64,000 bases of DNA from an uncultured virus (IMG/VR IMGVR_UViG_3300017783_003463). Its lineage: Duplodnaviria > Heunggongvirae > Uroviricota > Caudoviricetes. Location of the stretch: IMG/VR virus record IMGVR_UViG_3300017783_003463, positions 1-64,000 of that record; one strand, given 5' to 3'. Under the pieces are notes generated by a model. It did not search any database. It had not been told where the DNA came from and was given only the letters and a program-made list of their open reading frames with translations. The translations under genes were made by a program, and so were the position numbers. Positions within the stretch are counted from its first letter, which is position 1. Each line of letters begins with the position of its first letter. Positions 50,715 to 58,719 of the stretch are shown in pieces.

Positions 50715-50940
50715 ACAATTCTGGGAACATTACTGTGAGTATCAGCAAGATATTATGGGATTTCCATTAGGCAAAGAATGTGATTGGTGTGGAGAAACAG
50801 AACCTACATATAATCATAAACAACACAAGCGAGAAAAATCTGCTTATGAAAAGTTATACGGATATCACCCGCAAGAATTATTAACAAAGAAGATATTACC
50901 TGTAGACGTATTTTATAAACTTTTTGGAAAAAAACTATGA
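50704..50940 (+). CDS. Small hypothetical protein, possible Zn-binding
   Basis: HYC...CDWC; overlaps both neighbours. Confidence 0.55.
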   Translation: MPPKQFWEHYCEYQQDIMGFPLGKECDWCGETEPTYNHKQHKREKSAYEKLYGYHPQELLTKKILPVDVFYKLFGKKL

Positions 50941-51260
50941 AAGATCACAACGAAGACCAATACACAATACACATTGATAGCTTTAATAACAAAGGTCAAA
51001 AAGGTGACGATGATTTTGAAACATGGTTAGAGCACGAAGCACCTCTTGTTTCTACCTCTACTATTACAGCAATTGATAACTCATATTCAGTTGATTTATC
51101 ACAACAGGCTACATGCACAAGTACAATAATGTCATCAAATGTTGGAACTATAACTTTAACAGGAACAGGACATCATGCATTAAGAAAACAAAAAAAGTTG
51201 CCAATTGACTTACTATACAAATGGTATCCTGAACAAATGAAAGAACAAAATGAAGAATAA
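50937..51260 (+). CDS. Hypothetical protein
   Basis: 107 aa; C-terminal KKLPIDLLYKWY resembles KILPVDVFYKLF of preceding ORF. Confidence 0.55.
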   Translation: MKDHNEDQYTIHIDSFNNKGQKGDDDFETWLEHEAPLVSTSTITAIDNSYSVDLSQQATCTSTIMSSNVGTITLTGTGHHALRKQKKLPIDLLYKWYPEQMKEQNEE

Positions 51261-51942
51261 AATTTTTATGTTCGATGTTGACGGCACACTTACAGACCCA
51301 AGACGTACAATAGTACCAGAGTTTAAGGAGTTTATGTTTGACTTTGTTGCAAACAATACATGTATGATTGTAACAGGAAGTGATAGACCTAAGACTGTAG
51401 AACAAATTGGGGAAGATCTCACTAACAGTTTTGCAAGAGTATATCATTGCAGTGGCAACCATGTGTTTGTTAGCGGTGAGGAAGTATACAAAAGCGATTG
51501 GACATTAACAGAAGCTCAACAAACTTTTTTACAAACTATACTACCTAGTTTTGGTTATCCTGAAATGACTGGTAATCATATCGAACAGCGTACAGGAACC
51601 GCAAACTTTAGTATAGTAGGGCGTAATGCTGATTGGGATCAACGTGCTAGATATGCTGATTGGGAAAAGTCTAATCGAGGTAGAGATACAGTAGCAATGT
51701 ATTACAATCAAGAATTCGATGATAGCATTGCTCAAGTAGCTGGACAGACCAGCATAGATATTTTTAAGAAAGGCTGTGACAAGAGTCAAGCTATAAGAGA
51801 ACATGAAGGTACAACAATTTATTTTGGTGACCATTGTAACCCAGGCGGTAATGATTTTACAGCCGCACAAGCAAGCACAAGTTTTCATCAGATTGACCAA
51901 GGATATAAACAAACTTGGGAAATCTTAAAAAACATGTACTAA
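51250..51942 (+). CDS. HAD-IIB phosphomannomutase-like enzyme
   Basis: FDVDGTLT, VTGSD, IEQRTG..NFSIVGR, GQTSIDI, FGD...GGND. Confidence 0.82.
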   Translation: MKNKIFMFDVDGTLTDPRRTIVPEFKEFMFDFVANNTCMIVTGSDRPKTVEQIGEDLTNSFARVYHCSGNHVFVSGEEVYKSDWTLTEAQQTFLQTILPSFGYPEMTGNHIEQRTGTANFSIVGRNADWDQRARYADWEKSNRGRDTVAMYYNQEFDDSIAQVAGQTSIDIFKKGCDKSQAIREHEGTTIYFGDHCNPGGNDFTAAQASTSFHQIDQGYKQTWEILKNMY

Positions 51943-51947
51943 ACCGG

Positions 51948-51977
51948 TTGACAAAGGGTAGAAAAGATATATATAAT
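51948..51977 (+). promoter_or_regulatory. Sigma70-type promoter of GIY-YIG gene
   Basis: TTGACA-N18-TATAAT. Confidence 0.7.
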
Positions 51978-51995
51978 TGTTGCTAATAAACAAAT

Positions 51996-52424
51996 ATGCA
52001 ATGGACTTATCAAGGCAAAATAGTAGAAGAAATAAGTGAGGAATACATAGGGTTTGTATATCTTATTACTAATCTCACAAACGGCAAAAAGTATATTGGC
52101 AAAAAACTAGCAAAGTTTAAAGTAACTAAAAAACCACTCAAAGGCAAGAAAAATAAAAGACGTTCAACTAAAGAAAGTGACTGGAGAACTTATTGGGGAA
52201 GCAGTGACCATTTAAACGCAGATGTTGAACAATTAGGCCCAGAAAACTTCACAAGAGAAATACTGTACTACTGCACCAGCAGAGGCGAACTAAGTTACTT
52301 AGAAGCCAAAGAACAGTTTGACCGTGAAGTTCTTAAAACTGATGAATACTATAACGGCATTATAAACGTAAGAGTTGGCAGTTCCAAGGCACTTGTAGAA
52401 TCACTAAACAGACACCAGTCGTAA
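51996..52424 (+). CDS. Minimal GIY-YIG family nuclease
   Basis: GFVYLITNLTNGKKYIGKK, YWGSS, LSYLEAKEQ (catalytic Glu), YYN; Lys-rich insert. Confidence 0.85.
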   Translation: MQWTYQGKIVEEISEEYIGFVYLITNLTNGKKYIGKKLAKFKVTKKPLKGKKNKRRSTKESDWRTYWGSSDHLNADVEQLGPENFTREILYYCTSRGELSYLEAKEQFDREVLKTDEYYNGIINVRVGSSKALVESLNRHQS

Positions 52425-52712
52425 CATACCCTCTTTGTTAAAAGCATTGAGATTGTTCGCAGTAATGCGGGCCGTCGGAACTTGCTCGAGGGAAACAAAC
52501 CAAAAGAGTGGGCTCTACTGTGCCATTGTAACCCACGGATAGCTCAAAAGTCGGCGTTATGGCTTAGAGTGTTTCTGCGTTTTAAGCAGTATGTAAAGGG
52601 GTATAGCAAAACCGCCTCTGCCTAGCAATAGGTTATACTATAACGATGCGAACTGTAGACGGGGTAATGACCGTTTCTTTTTTTGCACTTGGCTGTAACA
52701 AGCTAAGTGCGA
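52425..52712 (+). ncRNA. Putative large structured non-coding RNA, family not recognised
   Basis: No ORF >=60 aa; about 45% GC by hand count; at least 8 stems, two GNRA loops, G-U pairs favour plus strand, two possible pseudoknots. Confidence 0.6.
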
Positions 52713-52814
52713 CTGAAAACAAGGTAATAACGTATCATATAAAATATGTTTAAAAAAATTATCATACGAAATGAAATGAGTATGACGATGAGCTTTAGCT
52801 CTTCGAAAGAATGT

Positions 52815-53078
52815 TTAAAATGTTCTACGATTAGTACCTTTTGCACTTTCTAAAGCTTCTTTCTGCTTTTCATTCTTGGTTTGCATAGCATCATTAATAT
52901 CACTAATCAATCGCATAGGATATTGTTCTAAGTTAGAATAGTTAAATGCTCCTTCTGAGTAAAGCACAATATTCAATAAAGCTAATCTGATTTCTTTAGA
53001 TGCATTTTCGTAGCGTTTTACGAGGTCATTTATCTCATCGCTGGTTTTCCTTCGACGGAGGGTGTTGTGAAAAAAAAA
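52815..53078 (-). CDS. -1 frameshift extension of gp26-like gene (gp51-like / tail chaperone GT-type), 84 aa
   Basis: Open from T9 run to TAA at 52817-52815: HNTLRRRKTSDEINDLVKRYEN...YSEGAFNYSNLEQYPMRL...RRTF; no ATG until codon 52. Confidence 0.7.
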   Translation of the reverse strand, partial: FFFHNTLRRRKTSDEINDLVKRYENASKEIRLALLNIVLYSEGAFNYSNLEQYPMRLISDINDAMQTKNEKQKEALESAKGTNRRTF

Positions 53079-53896
53079 CTTGGGTTAAACTCTACTAGTG
53101 AACTAAAGCCTTTTTGGCAGTCCTCTATACCACATGTAAATTTAAATTCTTTAGGTATTCCATTTGAGTTTAATTTAAATTGTTGCCCGCTTAATATTTC
53201 GATAGTTCTGCGATTAGAGTTGCTTAACCAATCTATAATATGTTGATTTTCGCTAACTATTTGTCCGTCTGGCATTGTAACTTTAACAATAGCATCTGCT
53301 ACTAGTACTAGATTTGCCGCCGCAATTTGTTGTATGTTTTCGCTGTATCTACCTCTGAGGTCTTCGGTTATATCTTGTTTATCTGCTCTAATACCTTGTA
53401 GTATTCTTCCAGTTTCGCTGGTCACAATGTTATTTGCATTTACAGCTGAAAGTGTATTAGGTTTCATTTCAACTACAAGACCATCTACTTCTATTTCTAC
53501 TTGATCTGTTACTGATACAATTTGACCTAATACTTTTTGTAAATCGATATCAAACATTTGTGAATTTTCACAATGTGGACATGTGGCTTCTACTGGATAA
53601 GTTTTTTCATAACTGGTTGCCCTACTAGCAAGCATTACTACATCTACATCAGGTAAACTCATATCACTAGCATCTGTGATATCTGGGCAGATGCTTTCTA
53701 TTAATTCGAAGATTGATTGCCCGTTGTATAGTGCATCAGGAATGTTAAGTAACAATTCATCTCTAACATTCATTGCTCTTACACCTATTTCACCGTCTTG
53801 TGACAGTTTAGGTGGAGATTTCATCCATCTGCCTTTAGTAGGAAGTTTAACGTAGATATCTTTGGTTCTATAATACCCCTGAAGTGGATTTTCCAT
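53030..53896 (-). CDS. gp26: Baseplate hub assembly / tail chaperone protein, T4 gp26-like
   Basis: NPLQGYYR..IYVKLPT, AMNVRDEL, CPHC, C-terminal FNPSFFF. Confidence 0.7.
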   Translation of the reverse strand: MENPLQGYYRTKDIYVKLPTKGRWMKSPPKLSQDGEIGVRAMNVRDELLLNIPDALYNGQSIFELIESICPDITDASDMSLPDVDVVMLASRATSYEKTYPVEATCPHCENSQMFDIDLQKVLGQIVSVTDQVEIEVDGLVVEMKPNTLSAVNANNIVTSETGRILQGIRADKQDITEDLRGRYSENIQQIAAANLVLVADAIVKVTMPDGQIVSENQHIIDWLSNSNRRTIEILSGQQFKLNSNGIPKEFKFTCGIEDCQKGFSSLVEFNPSFFFTTPSVEGKPAMR

Positions 53897-53906
53897 ATTT
53901 TTTACC

Positions 53907-53938
53907 TATAAATACAATATATGTTAAAGTTATTTATC
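53907..53938. promoter_or_regulatory. Late promoters for divergent genes: TATAAATA (+, 53907-53914) and GATAAATA (-, 53938-53931)
   Basis: Read in the 61-nt gap between gp26-like and tape-measure-like genes. Confidence 0.6.
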
Positions 53939-53957
53939 ATAGTTAAGTGAGTAGTTA

Positions 53958-55811
53958 ATGTCAATAATTACAATTAATATGGGCGGTAAGCCAATGGTAG
54001 TAGATGTTCCAGACTTTGCAATGGAACAAACACAACAGGATATTCGTAATATTATGAGTGATTTGCAAGCTACTATGTCGGGTGTTCAAACAGCTACTCA
54101 GCAAGGCACTGTTGGTGATCAACAAATAAAACAAGCTATTGCAAACTTACAAGCTAATGACAACAAATTAGATTCAAAAGAAGATCGAAGACAAAGCAAG
54201 TTTGCTGAAGGTGTAGGCAAAGCTAGTGCTTTAGGTATGATGCAAAGTGTAGCTAAACCCGGAATGTTGACTAGTTTTATGAAGTCGATCGGACTAGGCA
54301 CAATGGGTGTTGCCTTAGGTATGGTTACAGGTCTTGCTAAAGAACTTAGCAGTACTTTCAGTTTTGCTGGAGACGTTGGTGTTAGTTTTGGCGGTGACAT
54401 AATGAAGACCAGTGAACGTTTAGCAACAATAGGTTTACAGTTAGATCAATTCGGAGATGTAATAGCACAAAATACAGGAATGATGTTTGAGCTTGCAGGT
54501 AATGTTGAAGACGGCAGTCAACAGTTCATTGGTATAGTTGAAAATTTTAGAAAAGGATCTGAAGAGTTTGGTTATTTTGGATTAGCCAGCAGTGAAATGG
54601 CACAGTTTATGGCAGAAGAACTGGACATTAGAAGAAAAAGTATGAATGCAGAACAGCTACGTTTGTTTATCCAAAATGATCTAAATGATGCAATGGTCAA
54701 AAACTTTAACGAGCAAACAAAAATGGCTCAAATTACAGGACAAAATGTTAGAGATAGAATTAGAGCTCAGATGGCGGCAAAAGAAGATGCTAGATTACAA
54801 GCCGCAATGATTGGAATGACACAAGACCAGCGTACAGCTATTGACGGAGTGTTTTCAAATCTCACTGAAAACTTAGGCAGTGCAGGTAAAGAAATTACGA
54901 ATGCTATTATTCAAGAAGTTGCAGTTGAAGGAACTGGACTAGCAACTGCTGGTGGTAGAATGGCACAGCTAGATACAAGTGGAAACCTAATGAGAATAAT
55001 ACAACAAGGTGCCTCTATGATTAGAAGTGGAGCAACTCAAGAAGAAGCCAATAATGCTATAGCTCAAGCGTTACAAGACTTTAAGCAGACTGCTGATTTA
55101 AGTACTTTCCAAATTCAAGCATTTGGGGGAAATGAAGATGCAATGAAACTAATGCAGATGGCACTTGGTATAAATGAAAAGACCAACACCATAGCTGATG
55201 CTCGTAATGAATTAATGAACGAAGAGAATCAAGAACGTAGAAAATACATAGACTTTATGAGAGGGCTAAATGCTGATTTAGATGTACAACAAGCAACAGC
55301 CGCTAATTTGACTCTTAGATCTATTTTAAAACTAGGTGGAGCTGATGCACAAGATGTTGTAAAAGGCATGAGAGATTTTACTAAAAACATGACTGGGGCT
55401 TTAAGCAGTGATTTTACAAAAGGTTTATTTGAAGGACTTGGTGCAATTATGAATCAACTTACAATAAGTCCACTATTGAATGCTATAAATGGTGATGCAA
55501 ATAAATCTGAGATGGCTTTCCTTATAGCAGAAATTATGAAAGCAACTGGTGTATTTCCTAGTTTAATGACCAGTGCAATGCAATTACCACAACAGGGTGT
55601 AGCGGCATTATACGGAGGTGAAACATTCTTAAAACAAGCCTTTGGCGACCAATATATGAAATCGAGACCAGATGGTGCAGGAGGGCGTGAACAATACTTT
55701 GATTATGATGCATTTGCTAAAGACCAAGGACAGATGCTTATTAATGGTTCTGAAAATTTCTTTCTTAGGATGGAAAGCATATTCAAAAGAGCAGTTGACA
55801 AAGAAACTTGA
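53958..55811 (+). CDS. Tape-measure-like helical protein
   Basis: Ala/Gln/Met/Gly-rich, helical-looking, hydrophobic GLGTMGVALGMV segment; next to frameshifted chaperone-like gene. Confidence 0.55.
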   Translation: MSIITINMGGKPMVVDVPDFAMEQTQQDIRNIMSDLQATMSGVQTATQQGTVGDQQIKQAIANLQANDNKLDSKEDRRQSKFAEGVGKASALGMMQSVAKPGMLTSFMKSIGLGTMGVALGMVTGLAKELSSTFSFAGDVGVSFGGDIMKTSERLATIGLQLDQFGDVIAQNTGMMFELAGNVEDGSQQFIGIVENFRKGSEEFGYFGLASSEMAQFMAEELDIRRKSMNAEQLRLFIQNDLNDAMVKNFNEQTKMAQITGQNVRDRIRAQMAAKEDARLQAAMIGMTQDQRTAIDGVFSNLTENLGSAGKEITNAIIQEVAVEGTGLATAGGRMAQLDTSGNLMRIIQQGASMIRSGATQEEANNAIAQALQDFKQTADLSTFQIQAFGGNEDAMKLMQMALGINEKTNTIADARNELMNEENQERRKYIDFMRGLNADLDVQQATAANLTLRSILKLGGADAQDVVKGMRDFTKNMTGALSSDFTKGLFEGLGAIMNQLTISPLLNAINGDANKSEMAFLIAEIMKATGVFPSLMTSAMQLPQQGVAALYGGETFLKQAFGDQYMKSRPDGAGGREQYFDYDAFAKDQGQMLINGSENFFLRMESIFKRAVDKET

Positions 55812-55820
55812 AGTTGATGG

Positions 55821-55848
55821 TTGACAAATCCTATAAATACGTTATAAT
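55821..55848 (+). promoter_or_regulatory. Nested promoters before portal: TTGACA-N16-TATAAT with TATAAATA (55832-55839) in the spacer
   Basis: Read directly from sequence. Confidence 0.7.
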
Positions 55849-55869
55849 AAAACAAGAATCGAGTACTCA

Positions 55870-57549
55870 ATGAGTTGGAAAAAACATTTTACCGCATACG
55901 GAGCACAGGGCACAGATAGTATGAAGCCTAGTAGTGCTAGCCGTTTTCAAAGCTGGTTACCTGAAGTCTACAGTGGTCAACCCAATCGTGTTGAAAGATA
56001 CACACAGTATGACCAAATGGACATGGACAGCGAAATCAATGCGGCCCTTGACATTATAAGTGAATTTAGTACACAAGTAGATGAAAACGGTAATGTTCCG
56101 TTTAAAATTGAATACAAAGAACAATCTACTGAAAGTGAAACAAAAATCCTTGAGCAAACATTACGACAATGGTGTGCATTGCAAAATTGGGATAAACGTA
56201 TTTTCCGTATGTTTAGAAACACAATCAAATACGGGGATCAATTTTTTATCAGAGATCCAGAAACATGGGAACTATATTATGTTAATCCTGCTGATGTGAC
56301 CAAAGCAGTTGTTAATGAAGCAAAAGGTAAAAAGCCTGAGCAGTATATTGTTAAAAACATTGACGTAAACATGCAAGAAAAGACTGTGAGTAAACCTGTA
56401 CAACATGCACAAACATATGGTACGGTTAACAGTATGATGCGTGGGCAAACAATGGATAGAAGTGCATATGGAGGAGCACCTGGAGATTATGGTGGTAACT
56501 TAGGCAACATACAAGAATATACTGTAGATGCTGAACATATAGTACACATGGGTATGACAGAAGGTATGGACGGTAATTGGCCTTTTGGTAGCAGTATACT
56601 TGATCCTATTTTTAAAACATACAAGCAAAAAGAACTGCTTGAAGATTCAATTATTATATACAGAGTACAACGTGCTCCAGAACGTAGAGTTTTTTATGTT
56701 GATGTAGGTAATATGCCTCCTAACAAAGCTATGGGTTTTGTAGAGCGTGTTAAAAACGAAATTCATCAAAAACGTATTCCTAACAAAACAGGTGGTGGCA
56801 CAACTATTATGGATGCGGCTTACAATCCGTTGAGCATTATGGAAGACTACTTTTTTGCACAAACTGCTGAAGGCAGAGGCAGTAAAGTTGAAGTTCTTCC
56901 TGGCGGAGAAAACTTAGGTCAAATTGATGACCTACGTTATTTTACAAATAAAATGCTAAGAGCATTGCGTGTACCTAGCAGTTACTTACCAACAGGTCCA
57001 GATGATGGAACGGCTAGCTATGTAGACGGTAGAGTAGGCACAGCATTTATACAAGAATACAGATTTAATCAATACTGTATGAGATTACAAAATGCAGTTG
57101 CTCCTGTAATGGACAAAGAGTTTAAACTGTTTATGAAAAACAAAGGCATTAATATTGATGCTGGATTGTTTGATCTAAAATTTGTAGAACCACAGAGCTT
57201 TAGTCAATACAAAGAAATTGAAGTACATGCCGCAAGGGCAAATGTGTTTAGTGGACTCGAAGGAGTTCAGTATATGAGTAGACGTTTCTTAATGGAGAAA
57301 TATCTAGGACTAACTGAAGACGAAATCCTTAAAAACGAGCGTATGTGGGAAGAAGAAAACACAAGTGGTACAACACCAAACTCAGATAGTATACCTGGAT
57401 TAGGTAATATTGGTGTAAGAGGATTTGACGTTCCAGATGGCGGAGCAGACTTGGATATTCCAGATGTAGACGGCAGTGAAGGAACAGAAGAAGGTGCAAG
57501 CCCAATTAGTGGTGCTGAAGCGGCACCTACGGGAGATGAAAATGCGTAG
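55870..57549 (+). CDS. gp20: Portal protein
   Basis: LLEDSIIIYRVQRAPERRVFYVDVGNMP, EDYFF...GRGSKVEVLPGG.NLG. Confidence 0.95.
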   Translation: MSWKKHFTAYGAQGTDSMKPSSASRFQSWLPEVYSGQPNRVERYTQYDQMDMDSEINAALDIISEFSTQVDENGNVPFKIEYKEQSTESETKILEQTLRQWCALQNWDKRIFRMFRNTIKYGDQFFIRDPETWELYYVNPADVTKAVVNEAKGKKPEQYIVKNIDVNMQEKTVSKPVQHAQTYGTVNSMMRGQTMDRSAYGGAPGDYGGNLGNIQEYTVDAEHIVHMGMTEGMDGNWPFGSSILDPIFKTYKQKELLEDSIIIYRVQRAPERRVFYVDVGNMPPNKAMGFVERVKNEIHQKRIPNKTGGGTTIMDAAYNPLSIMEDYFFAQTAEGRGSKVEVLPGGENLGQIDDLRYFTNKMLRALRVPSSYLPTGPDDGTASYVDGRVGTAFIQEYRFNQYCMRLQNAVAPVMDKEFKLFMKNKGINIDAGLFDLKFVEPQSFSQYKEIEVHAARANVFSGLEGVQYMSRRFLMEKYLGLTEDEILKNERMWEEENTSGTTPNSDSIPGLGNIGVRGFDVPDGGADLDIPDVDGSEGTEEGASPISGAEAAPTGDENA

Positions 57550-57745
57550 TACAGACATTTTAAATGAATATTATGATGCAGAAAATGACAATTATAACAA
57601 TAGAAAAGCAGATGATGTGCGTAAGCAAAGACTTACTTTAAAGCATATAAATCGTCTTAGAAAGCAAAGAGAAGTACATAATATTGAACATGCTACTAGA
57701 GTTGAAAAGATCAAACAGATCTACGCAAAACCACCTGCACAATAA
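57542..57745 (+). CDS. Small prohead-associated hypothetical protein (start likely 57542, MRSTDILNE)
   Basis: GGAG RBS before ATG at 57542; RLTLKHINRLRK; follows portal. Confidence 0.65.
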   Translation: MRSTDILNEYYDAENDNYNNRKADDVRKQRLTLKHINRLRKQREVHNIEHATRVEKIKQIYAKPPAQ

Positions 57746-57785
57746 GTTTTACAACTAAGATTTACTTATCTCAGAGAGATATTCA

Positions 57786-57813
57786 TAAAATACCCATTTT
57801 TTAGGGTATTTTA
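57786..57813. terminator. Inverted repeat, possible terminator
   Basis: TAAAATACCC-N8-GGGTATTTTA perfect 10-bp stem in intergenic gap. Confidence 0.55.
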
Positions 57814-57890
57814 GCAGTGAAACGTCTTGGTTTTGTAAATATAGATGTAAACCATCTTGGTAAGCCTGTAAATTTTTTAAGGAGAATGAT

Positions 57891-58718
57891 ATGAGCGAAC
57901 ATAAGGAATCTTTAGTAAAGGTCCTCGAGTATATCGTTAATGATGAGCAAGATAAAGCGGCTGATCTACTTCACAACGTGTTTGTAGAAAAAGCTAAAAA
58001 TCATTGGTCATCTCTACAAGAAACTGATGAAGTTGTAGAAGACGATATTAACGAAGAAGACCTAGACGAAACTATCGATCTGGACGAAGCTGACGATGAT
58101 TCTGAGGACGACACTGAAGTAGAAGAAGCGATTGACGCCTCTGATGCTGAAGAAGATTTCTTAGACGACATTGAAACAGCTGAAGAAGAGATTGACCAAG
58201 AAGAAATCATGGACGATGAGGACATGGACGAACCAGAAGCTGAAATGGATTTAGCTATGGACATGGAACCAGAAGCAGATGAAGGCGATGAGCCTGCAGA
58301 TGCTGAAGAAGCTATGGACAATGTTGAAGATGCGATTGCCGAACTTAGAGCCGCATTTGCAGAAATGCAAGGCGAAGAGCCAGGTGACGAAGACGAAGAC
58401 GACGATGACATGGAAGAAATGGAATCAGTTGAAGAAACTGACGAAGTAGAAGCTATGGAAGAAGGCGCTTCAATGAGTGCAGTTAGTGTATCACACAGTG
58501 ACACAGCTGACAAAGCATCACCAGTAGCAGGACAAGCTAAAGCACATAATGGTGCTAAAGCACATTCAGCACCAGGTGGCGAAGAAAAGGGTAGACCTGC
58601 TCCAGCCGCAAAAGATATGGGTGTTGACGGTCCACAAGAAGCTGGTTCACCAAGCCCAGCGCCTAAAGCAAAAGATGAAGACACAAAGTCAGAATCACCA
58701 ATTAAAGGCGTGAAGTAA
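57891..58718 (+). CDS. Highly acidic prohead core/scaffold-type protein
   Basis: Extreme Asp/Glu content, between portal and protease; AAGGAG RBS. Confidence 0.7.
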   Translation: MSEHKESLVKVLEYIVNDEQDKAADLLHNVFVEKAKNHWSSLQETDEVVEDDINEEDLDETIDLDEADDDSEDDTEVEEAIDASDAEEDFLDDIETAEEEIDQEEIMDDEDMDEPEAEMDLAMDMEPEADEGDEPADAEEAMDNVEDAIAELRAAFAEMQGEEPGDEDEDDDDMEEMESVEETDEVEAMEEGASMSAVSVSHSDTADKASPVAGQAKAHNGAKAHSAPGGEEKGRPAPAAKDMGVDGPQEAGSPSPAPKAKDEDTKSESPIKGVK

Positions 58719-58719
58719 T

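Noticed and set aside
52657..52684. Hairpin plus U7 as a simple terminator explaining the gap
   Set aside because: May mark an RNA 3' end, but does not explain the ~230 nt of paired sequence upstream
52425..52712. Group I/II intron, tRNA, tmRNA or RNase P identity for the structured element
   Set aside because: No interrupted gene, and no group I P7 pair, group II domain V, T-loop/CCA or RNase P P4 consensus found by eye; Rfam search still needed
57476..57541. Longer N-terminus for the post-portal ORF
   Set aside because: Overlaps portal by 74 nt; RBS supports ATG at 57542
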